Shown: positions 9,628 through 22,456, counted from the first letter of the stretch. The stretch: DNA of 64,000 nt from Escherichia coli (GCF_013315695.1 NZ_CP054353.1), one strand, 5' to 3'. Program-made: numbers and translations. Notes: generated from the letters alone by a model not told the origin.

Positions 9628-9678
9628 TGAACCAACATCAACTCATTTTGAACCAACACAGCCCAGCTCTGAACCAAC
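9628..9678 (+). repeat. Three inverted copies (TGAACCAAC) of the 9-bp unit, spaced 21 bp apart
   Basis: Copies at 9628-9636, 9649-9657 and 9670-9678 are the reverse complement of GTTGGTTCA; 21-bp spacing puts them on the same helix face. Confidence 0.9.
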
Positions 9679-9780
9679 AACACAGCGATAGATTTGTGAT
9701 TGGTCCGTTATTTTCTGGCTGATATTTGAGCGTATAACAGTGTTATACAGTGGTATACTGTATGGATATTACTCACTGAT

Positions 9781-10236
9781 ATGGTCTTTGCAATGAGCAA
9801 ATCTAATCTGGTCGCGTTCCGCATCCCATCTGAATTGCAGGATGAGTTTAATCGGTCTGTTCTCGCTTCTGGAGGAGATAAAACCTCCTGGCTTGTTGAT
9901 GCGATTCGCATGAAGCTGGGGCAGCCGGAAAAGTCTATTGATTCACGAATGCTTGGGCTGGTGGAGCGCATGGAAAAAGCCGCTGCGTCGCTTATTGCCG
10001 GAAAGCCGAACATCCCACCAAAACCATATAACGAAACGGCAGTTATAAAGATCATTGCCGATACCATCCAACAGGGATTTGATAATGGGCGTGTGATAGC
10101 TGAACGGATCAATGAAGCAGGCTATCAAACAAAAGCTGGTAAAGCGTGGGATAAAGATATTTACAGCGCGTGGAAGCGTCAGGGAAGCAATGCTGAAAAG
10201 CTAAAAGCAGTGATTGATTGTAAGGTCAGCGTATAA
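9781..10236 (+). CDS. Hypothetical protein, possible DNA-binding regulator
   Basis: 151-aa ORF directly downstream of the 9-bp repeat array; the C-terminal segment (GRVIAERINEAGYQTKAGKAWDKDIYSAWKRQ) resembles recombinase-type HTH. Start may be ATG 9793. Confidence 0.45.
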   Translation: MVFAMSKSNLVAFRIPSELQDEFNRSVLASGGDKTSWLVDAIRMKLGQPEKSIDSRMLGLVERMEKAAASLIAGKPNIPPKPYNETAVIKIIADTIQQGFDNGRVIAERINEAGYQTKAGKAWDKDIYSAWKRQGSNAEKLKAVIDCKVSV

Positions 10237-10315
10237 ACATGAGTGCCCATTGGAAAGTTGCTTGGGCCAATACCTTTATACACCAGCAGGTAGTGACGAT
10301 AGGTGAGGATCAGAT

Positions 10316-10537
10316 ATGAAAGGCAGAACGCCACACATTGAACATCAAGCCAACCACTTCCCTGATGTTCGCAATGAGATGATTGCCATTCGCGGTGATA
10401 TGCACGGATTGGAGCGTCGAATTATTGATAAGATTGATGAAAATAGAGATAAGGCCAGTGAAAATCAAAAGTGGATCATCGGCCTGTTGATTTTATCAAT
10501 TCTTATCCCGCTACTTATCGCATTGGTCACAAAATGA
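10316..10537 (+). CDS. Small protein with C-terminal transmembrane anchor (XhlA-like architecture?)
   Basis: 73 aa with a GAGGA Shine-Dalgarno 7 nt upstream; charged N-terminal part then hydrophobic tail IIGLLILSILIPLLIALV. Confidence 0.4.
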   Translation: MKGRTPHIEHQANHFPDVRNEMIAIRGDMHGLERRIIDKIDENRDKASENQKWIIGLLILSILIPLLIALVTK

Positions 10538-11058
10538 ATATCCAATGTGTATGCTGTCGATGCTACGCGCGCGTACTTGTCGCAAAATATCAGGCAAAGG
10601 CCAGATTCAGAAAGTCGTGATAACCACCAGCACAACATGAGAGGTCATGTAACGCGATTTATCACACCAGATACATGTGATTGGTGTACCCGCATAAAAC
10701 ATCGTCATAGCGCGTCCTGTGCGCATATACGCCGATAATCAACACATCACCACCACTCTGTCTCATGTAGAGAACAGTTTTATGGTATCCCCCGCCATCG
10801 TGTGCGTACTGGTCGGACGCAGTTGCAAAAAATTTTGCAACTGATACCCCTCGCGCGCGTACTGGTCACGAAATTGGTGTTTTGCTGTGGCAGTGATATC
10901 AGAAAAATCTTCCTGTTTCACATAAAGCGGATATGCGCGTACTGTAACGGCCCCATCAACTGGGAGCGGACTTGAAATCCCGACCCAAGCTATGTACCAA
11001 ATGCCATGTCTTGGATATATGATGATTGCCATTCTAAACAACGCTAAAGGGGGTTGGT

Positions 11059-11673
11059 GTGAGCAGAAAAGATACTAAAGAATTGCTAACTATCTGCATG
11101 GTGTACTTTTCAATTTATTTTTGTGCATACATGATAGTCCCAGATGAGTTTGAACATGGCAGTATTATTTATTCCATAACATTCTATTTTTTAGAGCTAA
11201 CACCAATTTTGGCTATCCTTTTGGGAATACATATTTATTTTTCCTTAAAAAAAGAATCGACTAATTGGGAGAAGGTATGGAGAGACAGAGGATTTCTAAC
11301 ATCACCTAAAGATGATGCATATGAGAGTGATTTTTCTGACTTTATAACAAACTACTACTCCAGCGAACAATTCAAAAATAGACTGTCTGATGTTTGGGAA
11401 ACAGCAATGTATTCCATAGGGATTATATTATTGATACTTACTGGTATTGCTCAATATGTTTTTAACATTGACTTATCATTAAATCCTGAAAATTTAATAT
11501 CGCCATTGATTTTTGGTGAGATATTGATCTTCTCATTCGGAATTTTCTTGAGTGTTGTTCTCTGCTCATTATGCAAGCTACTGACTAACAGGTATCCGGG
11601 TGAAGCAAGGAGAGCAAGAAAGGCAAATCCATATTATCTTTTATTTCCTAATGGAGACAGCAGAGATATCTAA
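11059..11673 (+). CDS. AT-rich hypothetical membrane protein with four predicted TM segments
   Basis: 204 aa from a GTG start with AGGGGG upstream; GC content is visibly far below the flanking DNA, typical of a horizontally acquired moron. Confidence 0.55.
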   Translation: MSRKDTKELLTICMVYFSIYFCAYMIVPDEFEHGSIIYSITFYFLELTPILAILLGIHIYFSLKKESTNWEKVWRDRGFLTSPKDDAYESDFSDFITNYYSSEQFKNRLSDVWETAMYSIGIILLILTGIAQYVFNIDLSLNPENLISPLIFGEILIFSFGIFLSVVLCSLCKLLTNRYPGEARRARKANPYYLLFPNGDSRDI

Positions 11674-11692
11674 GCCATCCATGGCTAACCAG

Positions 11693-13798
11693 TTATTGAG
11701 CTTCTTTTTGTGATGCCTGTGCGACTCTGGTGAGCGATTGTGTGACCGTACTGATCGCTCTGTCATATGCTGTGCTACCTTTTGGCGTATTTGCCAGACG
11801 TAACAAGGCATTTCGTATAACAGGGCTTTCGTATGCCTTCGCTGCTCCGCCTACGGCACCAGCAGCAGGAACAACAAACGCAGCCGTTTTTAGCATCCCC
11901 GCTAATACTGCTGCGTTTATGATGCCACCACCAACTAACAATCCATAAAGCTGCTGACCATTTAAGTTTTGAACGTTCGCTTTTGCCGCGTGTCTTGTAT
12001 CGTTGAGGTATTTAATAACGCCGTCCAGTTCCTTTCCATGTACGCCTTTAAAGAAAGTTGCTGATTGCTTCCTGTTCCGGTGTAACGCATTAATAAACTT
12101 CTCAACACTGATATTTCCAGACGGATCAGTCGCCTTATCTACAGCATTCTGAACTATGGCTGCTCGTGCGTTTTGCCTACCATTGTCATCCAGAAGCCTG
12201 TAAAGCTGAGAACGTTCTGATGGGCTTTGGCTAAAAACGAGTTTTGTTACATCCTCAGGCGTGGCCTTACCGCTGGCTATTGCCTTTTGAACGCGCGTTC
12301 TTCCCATCATGTCATTGAATTTAGACCATGACCGATCAACCCTTGCCATATTAATGGCTTCGTCTGCTCCAAGATTTTTGGCTACGGCTTTTTTCATATC
12401 CGCCGTATATGCCTTGTAGATAATATCGCTGGCTTTCTGGAGCGTATCTTTATCAACAGTGTCAGATGACGCCATAAATCGCTTTCGAAGATCGGTTCTG
12501 TTTTCCCTCGCCAGACGCAGGTCATTTGGTCCGCTGGTGATATCGTCTTTAAATTGCTGCAAGACTTTTACCGCGGCTCTATCCTGAGATTTGCCCGGGC
12601 GGCTTAACACGGCAATCTGATTGTCGATAGCTTTTACCGTGTTTGAGAGATCGACAGGGGTATCCCCCATAGCGTCAATTATGCGGTTATATCGCTTTCC
12701 TGCTGCCTCAATGAATTTTTGTTGCCCTTTAGTCGCAGATTCATAAAGCTGTTTATCAGAAATGCCACCCAGACCATCGCTAAATGTTCTGACTAAATTT
12801 TCTCGTGCTTGTTGTTGATTCAGCCGATTCTTACCGGTTCCAAAAAAAGGAACTCTTTCGCCTAATGTCTGAGCCTGACTCTGCATAAAGGTTTTATCTT
12901 TCAGCATGTCACTGGTCATTAACGGCAGATTTCTTTCCGATGCAAAGTTGACAGCAGCCTTTGCTTCAGGCGACATATCACCACGAACAGCCCTCGAAAC
13001 CGCACTCGCTGTATTTTCCAGCCCCTTACCAATACCACCAATGCCAGCAGAAATTACCGTTTGTAACGGATCAATATCTTCTCCACCAGCAAGGCTGGTG
13101 GCTCCCTGTAGTGCTAAATCTGTAGCTGCTGATTTTCCTATGGCACCAAGCACCGTTCCAGCCCTGCCCGCTGGTGTAAACGCCAGCGCATTAGCCAGAA
13201 ACGATGCCACGTCTTGCGGCGATAAACCCGGCTTGTTCAGAGCATAATCACCGGATGGCAGGGAAACGATAGTGTTACCCTTCTCATCCTGCCTTAATTT
13301 CGCTCCCATGCTCTGAAGAATCTTTTCCTGAGATGCGTCAGAGCCGAAAAGTTGAGACCATCGAGCTTTTAGAGCACCCATGCTGAGTGAGGTTAACTCT
13401 GGGGCAAGGTCGACATTTTGCAGTCTCTCCATCTCTGGAGTCATTCGGCTTTCGCCTGTTATAGCATCGCGCATCGCAGCCCCAAGACTGGCTCCCTGTT
13501 CTGCTGAACGCTCAAGCCCCTCTCTTTGCTGAGTAGCTAACTTTGCATACCCTGACGCAAGAGAATTATCAGATGATGTATGTTGAATATTTTGAGTTGC
13601 TGATTGGGATCGGTCTATTTCATTCGTTGATGGTAGTGGATAGGCAGCATAAAAAGCCTGCTTAGCCTGCGCTACACTTTCTCCGGCTTGCGGGGCCACG
13701 ACTTCATTGAAGTATTGCTCCTGAGCCTGCGCTTTTTGTTCTGGTGCTAACGCCTGATACTGTGGAGAGGCGATAACATCTTTCCATGCTTTAGCCAT
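11693..13798 (-). CDS. Large hypothetical protein (701 aa), Ala/Gln/Lys-rich with a Gly/Ala-rich hydrophobic C-terminal segment; tape-measure/virion-protein-like composition
   Basis: Long uninterrupted ORF with an ATG start; no P-loop or nuclease motif found by eye; C-terminal LYGLLVGGGIINAAVLAGMLKTAAFVVPAAGAVGGAAKAY. Confidence 0.5.
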   Translation of the reverse strand: MAKAWKDVIASPQYQALAPEQKAQAQEQYFNEVVAPQAGESVAQAKQAFYAAYPLPSTNEIDRSQSATQNIQHTSSDNSLASGYAKLATQQREGLERSAEQGASLGAAMRDAITGESRMTPEMERLQNVDLAPELTSLSMGALKARWSQLFGSDASQEKILQSMGAKLRQDEKGNTIVSLPSGDYALNKPGLSPQDVASFLANALAFTPAGRAGTVLGAIGKSAATDLALQGATSLAGGEDIDPLQTVISAGIGGIGKGLENTASAVSRAVRGDMSPEAKAAVNFASERNLPLMTSDMLKDKTFMQSQAQTLGERVPFFGTGKNRLNQQQARENLVRTFSDGLGGISDKQLYESATKGQQKFIEAAGKRYNRIIDAMGDTPVDLSNTVKAIDNQIAVLSRPGKSQDRAAVKVLQQFKDDITSGPNDLRLARENRTDLRKRFMASSDTVDKDTLQKASDIIYKAYTADMKKAVAKNLGADEAINMARVDRSWSKFNDMMGRTRVQKAIASGKATPEDVTKLVFSQSPSERSQLYRLLDDNGRQNARAAIVQNAVDKATDPSGNISVEKFINALHRNRKQSATFFKGVHGKELDGVIKYLNDTRHAAKANVQNLNGQQLYGLLVGGGIINAAVLAGMLKTAAFVVPAAGAVGGAAKAYESPVIRNALLRLANTPKGSTAYDRAISTVTQSLTRVAQASQKEAQ

Positions 13799-13862
13799 TA
13801 ATCACCCGGTGATGCTGCCAACTTACTGATTTAGTGTATGATGGTGTTTTTGAGGTGCTCCA

Positions 13863-14138
13863 GTGGCTTCTGTTTCTATCAGCTGTCCCTCCTGTTCAGC
13901 TACTGACGGGGTGGTGCGTAACGGCAAAAGCACCGCCGGACATCAGCGCTATCTCTGCTCTCACTGCCGTAAAACATGGCAACTGCAGTTCACTTACACC
14001 GCTTCTCAACCCGGTACGCACCAGAAAATCATTGATATGGCCATGAATGGCGTTGGATGCCGGGCAACAGCCCGCATTATGGGCGTTGGCCTCAACACGA
14101 TTTTACGTCACTTAAAAAACTCAGGCCGCAGTCGGTAA
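13863..14138 (+). CDS. insA: IS1 InsA
   Basis: 91-aa [43 protein letters not shown]... Confidence 0.9.
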
Positions 14139-14560
14139 CCTCGCGCATACAGCCGGGCAGTGACGTCATCGTCTGCGCGGAAATGGACGAACAGTGGGGC
14201 TATGTCGGGGCTAAATCGCGCCAGCGCTGGCTGTTTTACGCGTATGACAGGCTCCGGAAGACGGTTGTTGCGCACGTATTCGGTGAACGCACTATGGCGA
14301 CGCTGGGGCGTCTTATGAGCCTGCTGTCACCCTTTGACGTGGTGATATGGATGACGGATGGCTGGCCGCTGTATGAATCCCGCCTGAAGGGAAAGCTGCA
14401 CGTAATCAGCAAGCGATATACGCAGCGAATTGAGCGGCATAACCTGAATCTGAGGCAGCACCTGGCACGGCTGGGACGGAAGTCGCTGTCGTTCTCAAAA
14501 TCGGTGGAGCTGCATGACAAAGTCATCGGGCATTATCTGAATATAAAACACTATCAATAA
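14057..14560 (+). CDS. insB: IS1 InsB reading frame (expressed as InsAB' by frameshift)
   Basis: 167-aa ORF overlapping insA in the -1 frame. Confidence 0.85.
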
Positions 14561-14608
14561 GTTGGAGTCATTACCCGTTTATTCATAATAAATCTCCTGA
14601 AAGTTTAG

Positions 14609-17532
<2,924 letters not shown>

Positions 17533-18082
17533 TTATCGTTCATGAGAAGCATAACGTAAAGGGAAAAGCTCGATTAGACGGCAGGATTTGTCAGGGGTTA
17601 TGAACGAAATTCATAAATCTGTTTGAGTGTTGCGATGAGTCGTGCAAGTTCGATATCCCTGCAATTCACAGTCTGATGAAGGAAAATGAATATCCATAAA
17701 AAATATATCGGTTTATCCTGGCGTATATACCTACTTCGACGTATTTCCAATAGTTGCTAATTAAAGGCAGGTCATTATTATTCACTCTGAATAATGAATT
17801 ATTCACTGTCCGCAGAGTAAGAAATATAACTTAGGTATCTATTTAATGACTTGCACAAAAAGCTAAATTTTCACCCATAAATAAAAATATAATCCCGCGC
17901 CCAACCACCTGATGAGTGGCTACAGGCACTGGATATATTAGGTGGCGGTGTACTTTCTTACATAAAGGTATTTCCTTTTCTGCGGAAAAGGAAACCGGGA
18001 AATCCCCGGTTTTTCTGACAAGCAGACGCCATTATTTGTGTCTGCCTATGTTCGTTAATTCGTTCATCAGGAAATTATCTCA

Positions 18083-21000
18083 ATGTCACGTTATAAAATA
18101 GGTCATAAACAACCACAATTTCGTTATTCAGTTCTGGCCCGCTGCGTGGCGTGGGCAAATATCTCTGTTCAGGTTCTTTTTCCACTCGCTGTCACCTTTA
18201 CCCCAGTAATGGCGGCACGTGCGCAGCATGCGGTTCAGCCACGGTTGAGCATGGGAAATACTACGGTAACTGCTGATAATAACGTGGAGAAAAATGTCGC
18301 GTCGTTTGCCGCAAATGCCGGGACATTTTTAAGCAGTCAGCCAGATAGCGATGCGACACGTAATTTTATTACCGGAATGGCCACCGCTAAAGCTAACCAG
18401 GAAATACAGGAGTGGCTCGGGAAATATGGTACAGCGCGCGTCAAACTGAATGTCGATAAAGATTTCTCGCTGAAGGATTCTTCGCTGGAAATGCTTTATC
18501 CGATTTATGATACGCCGACAAATATGTTGTTCACTCAGGGGGCAATACATCGTACAGACGATCGTACTCAGTCAAATATTGGTTTTGGCTGGCGTCATTT
18601 TTCAGGAAATGACTGGATGGCGGGGGTGAATACTTTTATCGATCATGATTTATCCCGTAGTCATACCCGCATTGGTGTTGGTGCGGAATACTGGCGCGAT
18701 TATTTGAAACTGAGCGCCAATGGTTATATTCGGGCTTCTGGCTGGAAAAAATCGCCGGATATTGAGGATTATCAGGAACGCCCGGCGAATGGTTGGGATA
18801 TCCGCGCAGAGGGCTATTTACCTGCCTGGCCGCAGCTTGGCGCAAGCCTGATGTATGAACAGTATTATGGCGATGAAGTCGGGCTGTTTGGTAAAGATAA
18901 ACGCCAGAAAGACCCGCATGCTATTTCTGCCGAGGTAACCTATACACCAGTGCCTCTTCTGACACTGAGCGCCGGGCATAAGCAGGGCAAGAGCGGTGAG
19001 AATGACACTCGCTTTGGCCTGGAAGTTAACTACCGAATTGGCGAACCTTTGGCGAAACAACTCGATACGGATAGCATTCGCGAGCGTCGAATGCTGGCAG
19101 GCAGCCGCTATGACCTGGTTGAGCGTAATAACAACATCGTTCTTGAGTATCGCAAATCTGAAGTGATCCGTATTGCTCTGCCTGACCGTATTGCAGGTAA
19201 GGGCGGGCAGACGGTTTCCCTGGGACTTGTGGTGAGTAAAGCAACTCACGGTCTGAAAAATGTTCAATGGGAAGCGCCGTCTTTGCTGGCCGCAGGCGGA
19301 AAAATTACGGGGCAGGGTAATCAGTGGCAAGTGACGCTCCCGGCTTACCAGGCAGGCAAAGACAATTATTATGCGATTTCTGCGGTTGCCTACGATAACA
19401 AAGGCAATGCCTCAAAACGCGTGCAGACAGAGGTGGTCATTACCGGAGCAGGTATGAGTGCCGAGCGCACGGCGTTAACGCTTGACGGTCAGAGCCGTAT
19501 TCAAATGCTTGCTAACGGTAGTGAGCAAAAGCCACTGGTGCTTTCTCTGCGCGACGCCGAGGGGCAGCCAGTCACGGGCATGAAAGATCAGATCAAGACT
19601 GAGCTGACGTTCAAGCCAGCTGGAAATATTGTGACTCGTACCCTGAAGGCCACTAAATCACAGGCACAGCCAACACTGGGTGAGTTCACCGAAACTGAAG
19701 CAGGGGTGTATCAGTCTGTCTTTACTACCGGAACGCAGTCAGGTGAGGCAACGATTACTGTTAGCGTTGATGACATGAGCAAAACTGTCACTGCAGAACT
19801 GCGGGCCACGATGATGGATGTGGCAAACTCCACCCTGAGCGCTAACGAGCCGTCAGGTGATGTGGTTGCTGATGGTCAGCAAGTCTACACGCTGACACTG
19901 ACAGCGGTGGACTCCGAGGGTAATCCGGTGACGGGAGAAGCCAGCCGCCTGCGACTTGTTCCGCAAGACACTAATGGTGTAACCATTGGTGCCATTTCGG
20001 AAATAAAACCAGGGGTTTACAGCGCCACGGTTTCTTCGACCCGTGCCGGAAACGTTGTTGTGCGTGCCTTTAGCGAGCAGTATCAGTTGGGCTCATTACA
20101 ACAAACGCTGAAGTTTGTCGCCGGGCCGCTTGATGCAGCACATTCGACCATCGCCCTGAATCCGGATAAACCGGTGGTTGGTGGTACGCTTACGGCAATC
20201 TGGACGGCAAAAGATGCCAATGGCAACCCTGTAATTGGCCTCAATCCAGATGCACCGTCATTATCTGGCGCAGCCGCTGCGGGGTCTATGGCATCAGGCT
20301 GGACGGATAATGGCGACGGGACCTGGACTGCGCAGATTACTCTCGGCACTACGGCGGGGGAATTAGAGGTTATGCCGAAGCTCAATGGGCAGGACGCGGC
20401 AGCGAATGCGGCTAAAGTGACCGTGGTGGCTGATGCGTTATCTTCAGGCCAGTCGACAGTCTCTGTAGCCGCAGACCGCGTAAAAGCAGGCGAAAGCACA
20501 ACCGTGACGCTTATTGCAAAAGATGCGCATGGCAACGCTATCAGTGGCCTTTCCCTGTCGGCAAGCCTGACGGGTGCTGCGTCTGAAGGGGCGACGGTAT
20601 CCAACTGGACCGAGCAGGGCGATGGTTCCTATGTCGCTACGCTGACCACAGGGGGAAAGACGGGTGAGCTTCTCGTTATGCCGCTATTCAACGGTCAGCC
20701 AGCAGCCACCGATGCTGCGCGGTTGACTGTCGTTGCGGGGGAGATGTCATCAGCGAACTCTACGCTTGTTGCTGACAATGAGTCTCCGACCGTCAAAACG
20801 ACGACGAAACTCACCTTCACCGTGAAGGATGCGTACGGGAACCTTGTCACCGGGCTGAAGCCAGATGCACCGCAGTTTAGTGGTGCCGCCAGCACGGGGA
20901 CAGAGCGACCTTCAGCAGGAGACTGGACAGAAACAAGTAATGGGGTCTACGTGGCGACCTTAACGCTGGGATCTGCCGCGGGTCAGCTGTCTGTGATGCC

Positions 21001-22336
21001 GCGCGTGAACGGCCAAAATGCCGTTGCTCAACCACTGGTGCTGAATGTTGCAGGTGACGCTTCCCGGGCAGTGATCAGTGATATGGCGGTGAAGGTGAAT
21101 AACCAACTGGCAAATGGACAGTCTGCTAACCAGGTAACCCTGACCGTCGTGGACAGCTATGGTAACCCGTTGCAGGGGCAAGAAGTTACGCTGACTTTAC
21201 CGCAGGGTGTGACCAGCAAGACGGGGAATACAGTAACAACCAATGCGGCAGGTAAAGCGGATATTGAGTTGATATCAACCGTTGCAGGGGAACTTGAAAT
21301 CGCGGCCGCGGTGAAAAACTCTCAGAAGACGGTCACGGTGAAATTCAACGCGGATGCCAGCACCGGTCAGGCAAACCTGCAGGTAGACACCGCCGTTCAA
21401 AAAGTGGCAAACGGCAAAGATGCCTTTACGCTGACGGCGACCGTTGAGGATAAAAATGGTAACCCTGTTCCAGGGAGCCTGGTGACCTTTAATCTGCCCC
21501 GGGGTGTCAAGCCGCTTACAGGCGATAATGTCTGGGTGAAAGCCAACGATGAGGGGAAAGCAGAGTTGCAGGTGGTTTCAGTGACTGCCGGAACGTATGA
21601 GATCACGGCATCGGCAGGGAATAGCCAGCCTTCGAATACGCAGACTATAAGGTTTGTAGCCGATAAGACTACCGCAACCGTCTCCGGTATTGAGGTGATT
21701 GGCAACTATGCGCTGGCGGACGGCAAAGCCAAACAGACGTATAAAGTTACGGTGACTGATGCCAATAACAACCTGTTGAAAGATAGCGAGGTGACGCTGA
21801 CTGCCAGCCCGGCAAATTTAGCTCTGGATCCCGATGGGACGGCGAAAACTAATGAGCAAGGGCAGGCTATTTTCACCGCCACGACCACTGTCGCAGCGAA
21901 ATATACACTCACGGCGAAAGTGGAACAGGCCAACGGTCAGGAATCGACGAAAACTGCTGAATCTAAATTCGTCGCGGATGATAAAAACGCGGTGCTCGCC
22001 GCATCATCTGATGTGACTTCTCTGGTGGCGGATGGGGTACAGACCGCAACAATGACGGTTACCCTGTTCTCGGCAAATAACCCTGTTGGGGGGAATGTGT
22101 GGGTCGACATTGAGGCTCCGGAAGGAGTGACGGAGAAGGATTATCAATTCCTGCCGTCGAAAAATGACCATTTCGTGAGCGGAAAAATCACGCGTACATT
22201 TAGTACCAGCAAGCCTGGTGTCTATACGTTCACATTTAACGCCCTGACCTATGGCGGGTACGAAATGAAGCCAGTGACGGTGACCATAACCGCGGTGGAT
22301 GCCGATACGGCAAAGGGCGAGGAGGCGATGAAATAA
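18083..22336 (+). CDS. eaeH: Intimin/invasin-family inverse autotransporter adhesin with repeated bacterial Ig-like domains (EaeH/FdeC), apparently intact
   Basis: 1417-aa ORF: N-terminal beta-barrel region followed by repeated units of about 100 aa (e.g. GDGTWTAQITLGTTAGELEVMPKLNGQ / GDGSYVATLTTGGKTGELLVMPLFNGQ). Confidence 0.9.
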   Translation: MSRYKIGHKQPQFRYSVLARCVAWANISVQVLFPLAVTFTPVMAARAQHAVQPRLSMGNTTVTADNNVEKNVASFAANAGTFLSSQPDSDATRNFITGMATAKANQEIQEWLGKYGTARVKLNVDKDFSLKDSSLEMLYPIYDTPTNMLFTQGAIHRTDDRTQSNIGFGWRHFSGNDWMAGVNTFIDHDLSRSHTRIGVGAEYWRDYLKLSANGYIRASGWKKSPDIEDYQERPANGWDIRAEGYLPAWPQLGASLMYEQYYGDEVGLFGKDKRQKDPHAISAEVTYTPVPLLTLSAGHKQGKSGENDTRFGLEVNYRIGEPLAKQLDTDSIRERRMLAGSRYDLVERNNNIVLEYRKSEVIRIALPDRIAGKGGQTVSLGLVVSKATHGLKNVQWEAPSLLAAGGKITGQGNQWQVTLPAYQAGKDNYYAISAVAYDNKGNASKRVQTEVVITGAGMSAERTALTLDGQSRIQMLANGSEQKPLVLSLRDAEGQPVTGMKDQIKTELTFKPAGNIVTRTLKATKSQAQPTLGEFTETEAGVYQSVFTTGTQSGEATITVSVDDMSKTVTAELRATMMDVANSTLSANEPSGDVVADGQQVYTLTLTAVDSEGNPVTGEASRLRLVPQDTNGVTIGAISEIKPGVYSATVSSTRAGNVVVRAFSEQYQLGSLQQTLKFVAGPLDAAHSTIALNPDKPVVGGTLTAIWTAKDANGNPVIGLNPDAPSLSGAAAAGSMASGWTDNGDGTWTAQITLGTTAGELEVMPKLNGQDAAANAAKVTVVADALSSGQSTVSVAADRVKAGESTTVTLIAKDAHGNAISGLSLSASLTGAASEGATVSNWTEQGDGSYVATLTTGGKTGELLVMPLFNGQPAATDAARLTVVAGEMSSANSTLVADNESPTVKTTTKLTFTVKDAYGNLVTGLKPDAPQFSGAASTGTERPSAGDWTETSNGVYVATLTLGSAAGQLSVMPRVNGQNAVAQPLVLNVAGDASRAVISDMAVKVNNQLANGQSANQVTLTVVDSYGNPLQGQEVTLTLPQGVTSKTGNTVTTNAAGKADIELISTVAGELEIAAAVKNSQKTVTVKFNADASTGQANLQVDTAVQKVANGKDAFTLTATVEDKNGNPVPGSLVTFNLPRGVKPLTGDNVWVKANDEGKAELQVVSVTAGTYEITASAGNSQPSNTQTIRFVADKTTATVSGIEVIGNYALADGKAKQTYKVTVTDANNNLLKDSEVTLTASPANLALDPDGTAKTNEQGQAIFTATTTVAAKYTLTAKVEQANGQESTKTAESKFVADDKNAVLAASSDVTSLVADGVQTATMTVTLFSANNPVGGNVWVDIEAPEGVTEKDYQFLPSKNDHFVSGKITRTFSTSKPGVYTFTFNALTYGGYEMKPVTVTITAVDADTAKGEEAMK

Positions 22337-22370
22337 TATTAAGAGTATGAAAGTAACATTCTAATAAACA

Positions 22371-22406
22371 ATAATGGCGTTGACATCTTCAACGCCATTA
22401 TTTATT
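22371..22406. terminator. Bidirectional intrinsic terminator between eaeH and the AraC-family gene
   Basis: Hairpin GGCGTTGA-CATCT-TCAACGCC flanked by A/T runs. Confidence 0.7.
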
Positions 22407-22456
22407 GAATTGCCTGACAGTAGTCTCGTTATAAATTCATTTAGATATAGCGATAA

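Larger units (their letters stand above)
13808..14575 (+). mobile_element. IS1 insertion sequence, 768 bp (copy 1)
   Basis: Termini GGTGATGCTGCCAACTTACTGAT...ATCAATAAGTTGGAGTCATTACC with insA/insB ORFs; the 9-bp flanks differ, so no target-site duplication. Confidence 0.95.

Noticed and set aside
11693..13798. 701-aa protein as a P4 alpha-like primase/helicase serving the iteron region
   Set aside because: No Walker A (GxxxxGK[ST]) or primase motifs by eye; composition is low-complexity and structural-like.
18329..22016. Numerous 60-170-aa ORFs on both strands inside eaeH
   Set aside because: They are embedded in a long, well-supported gene with clear domain structure and are frame artefacts.
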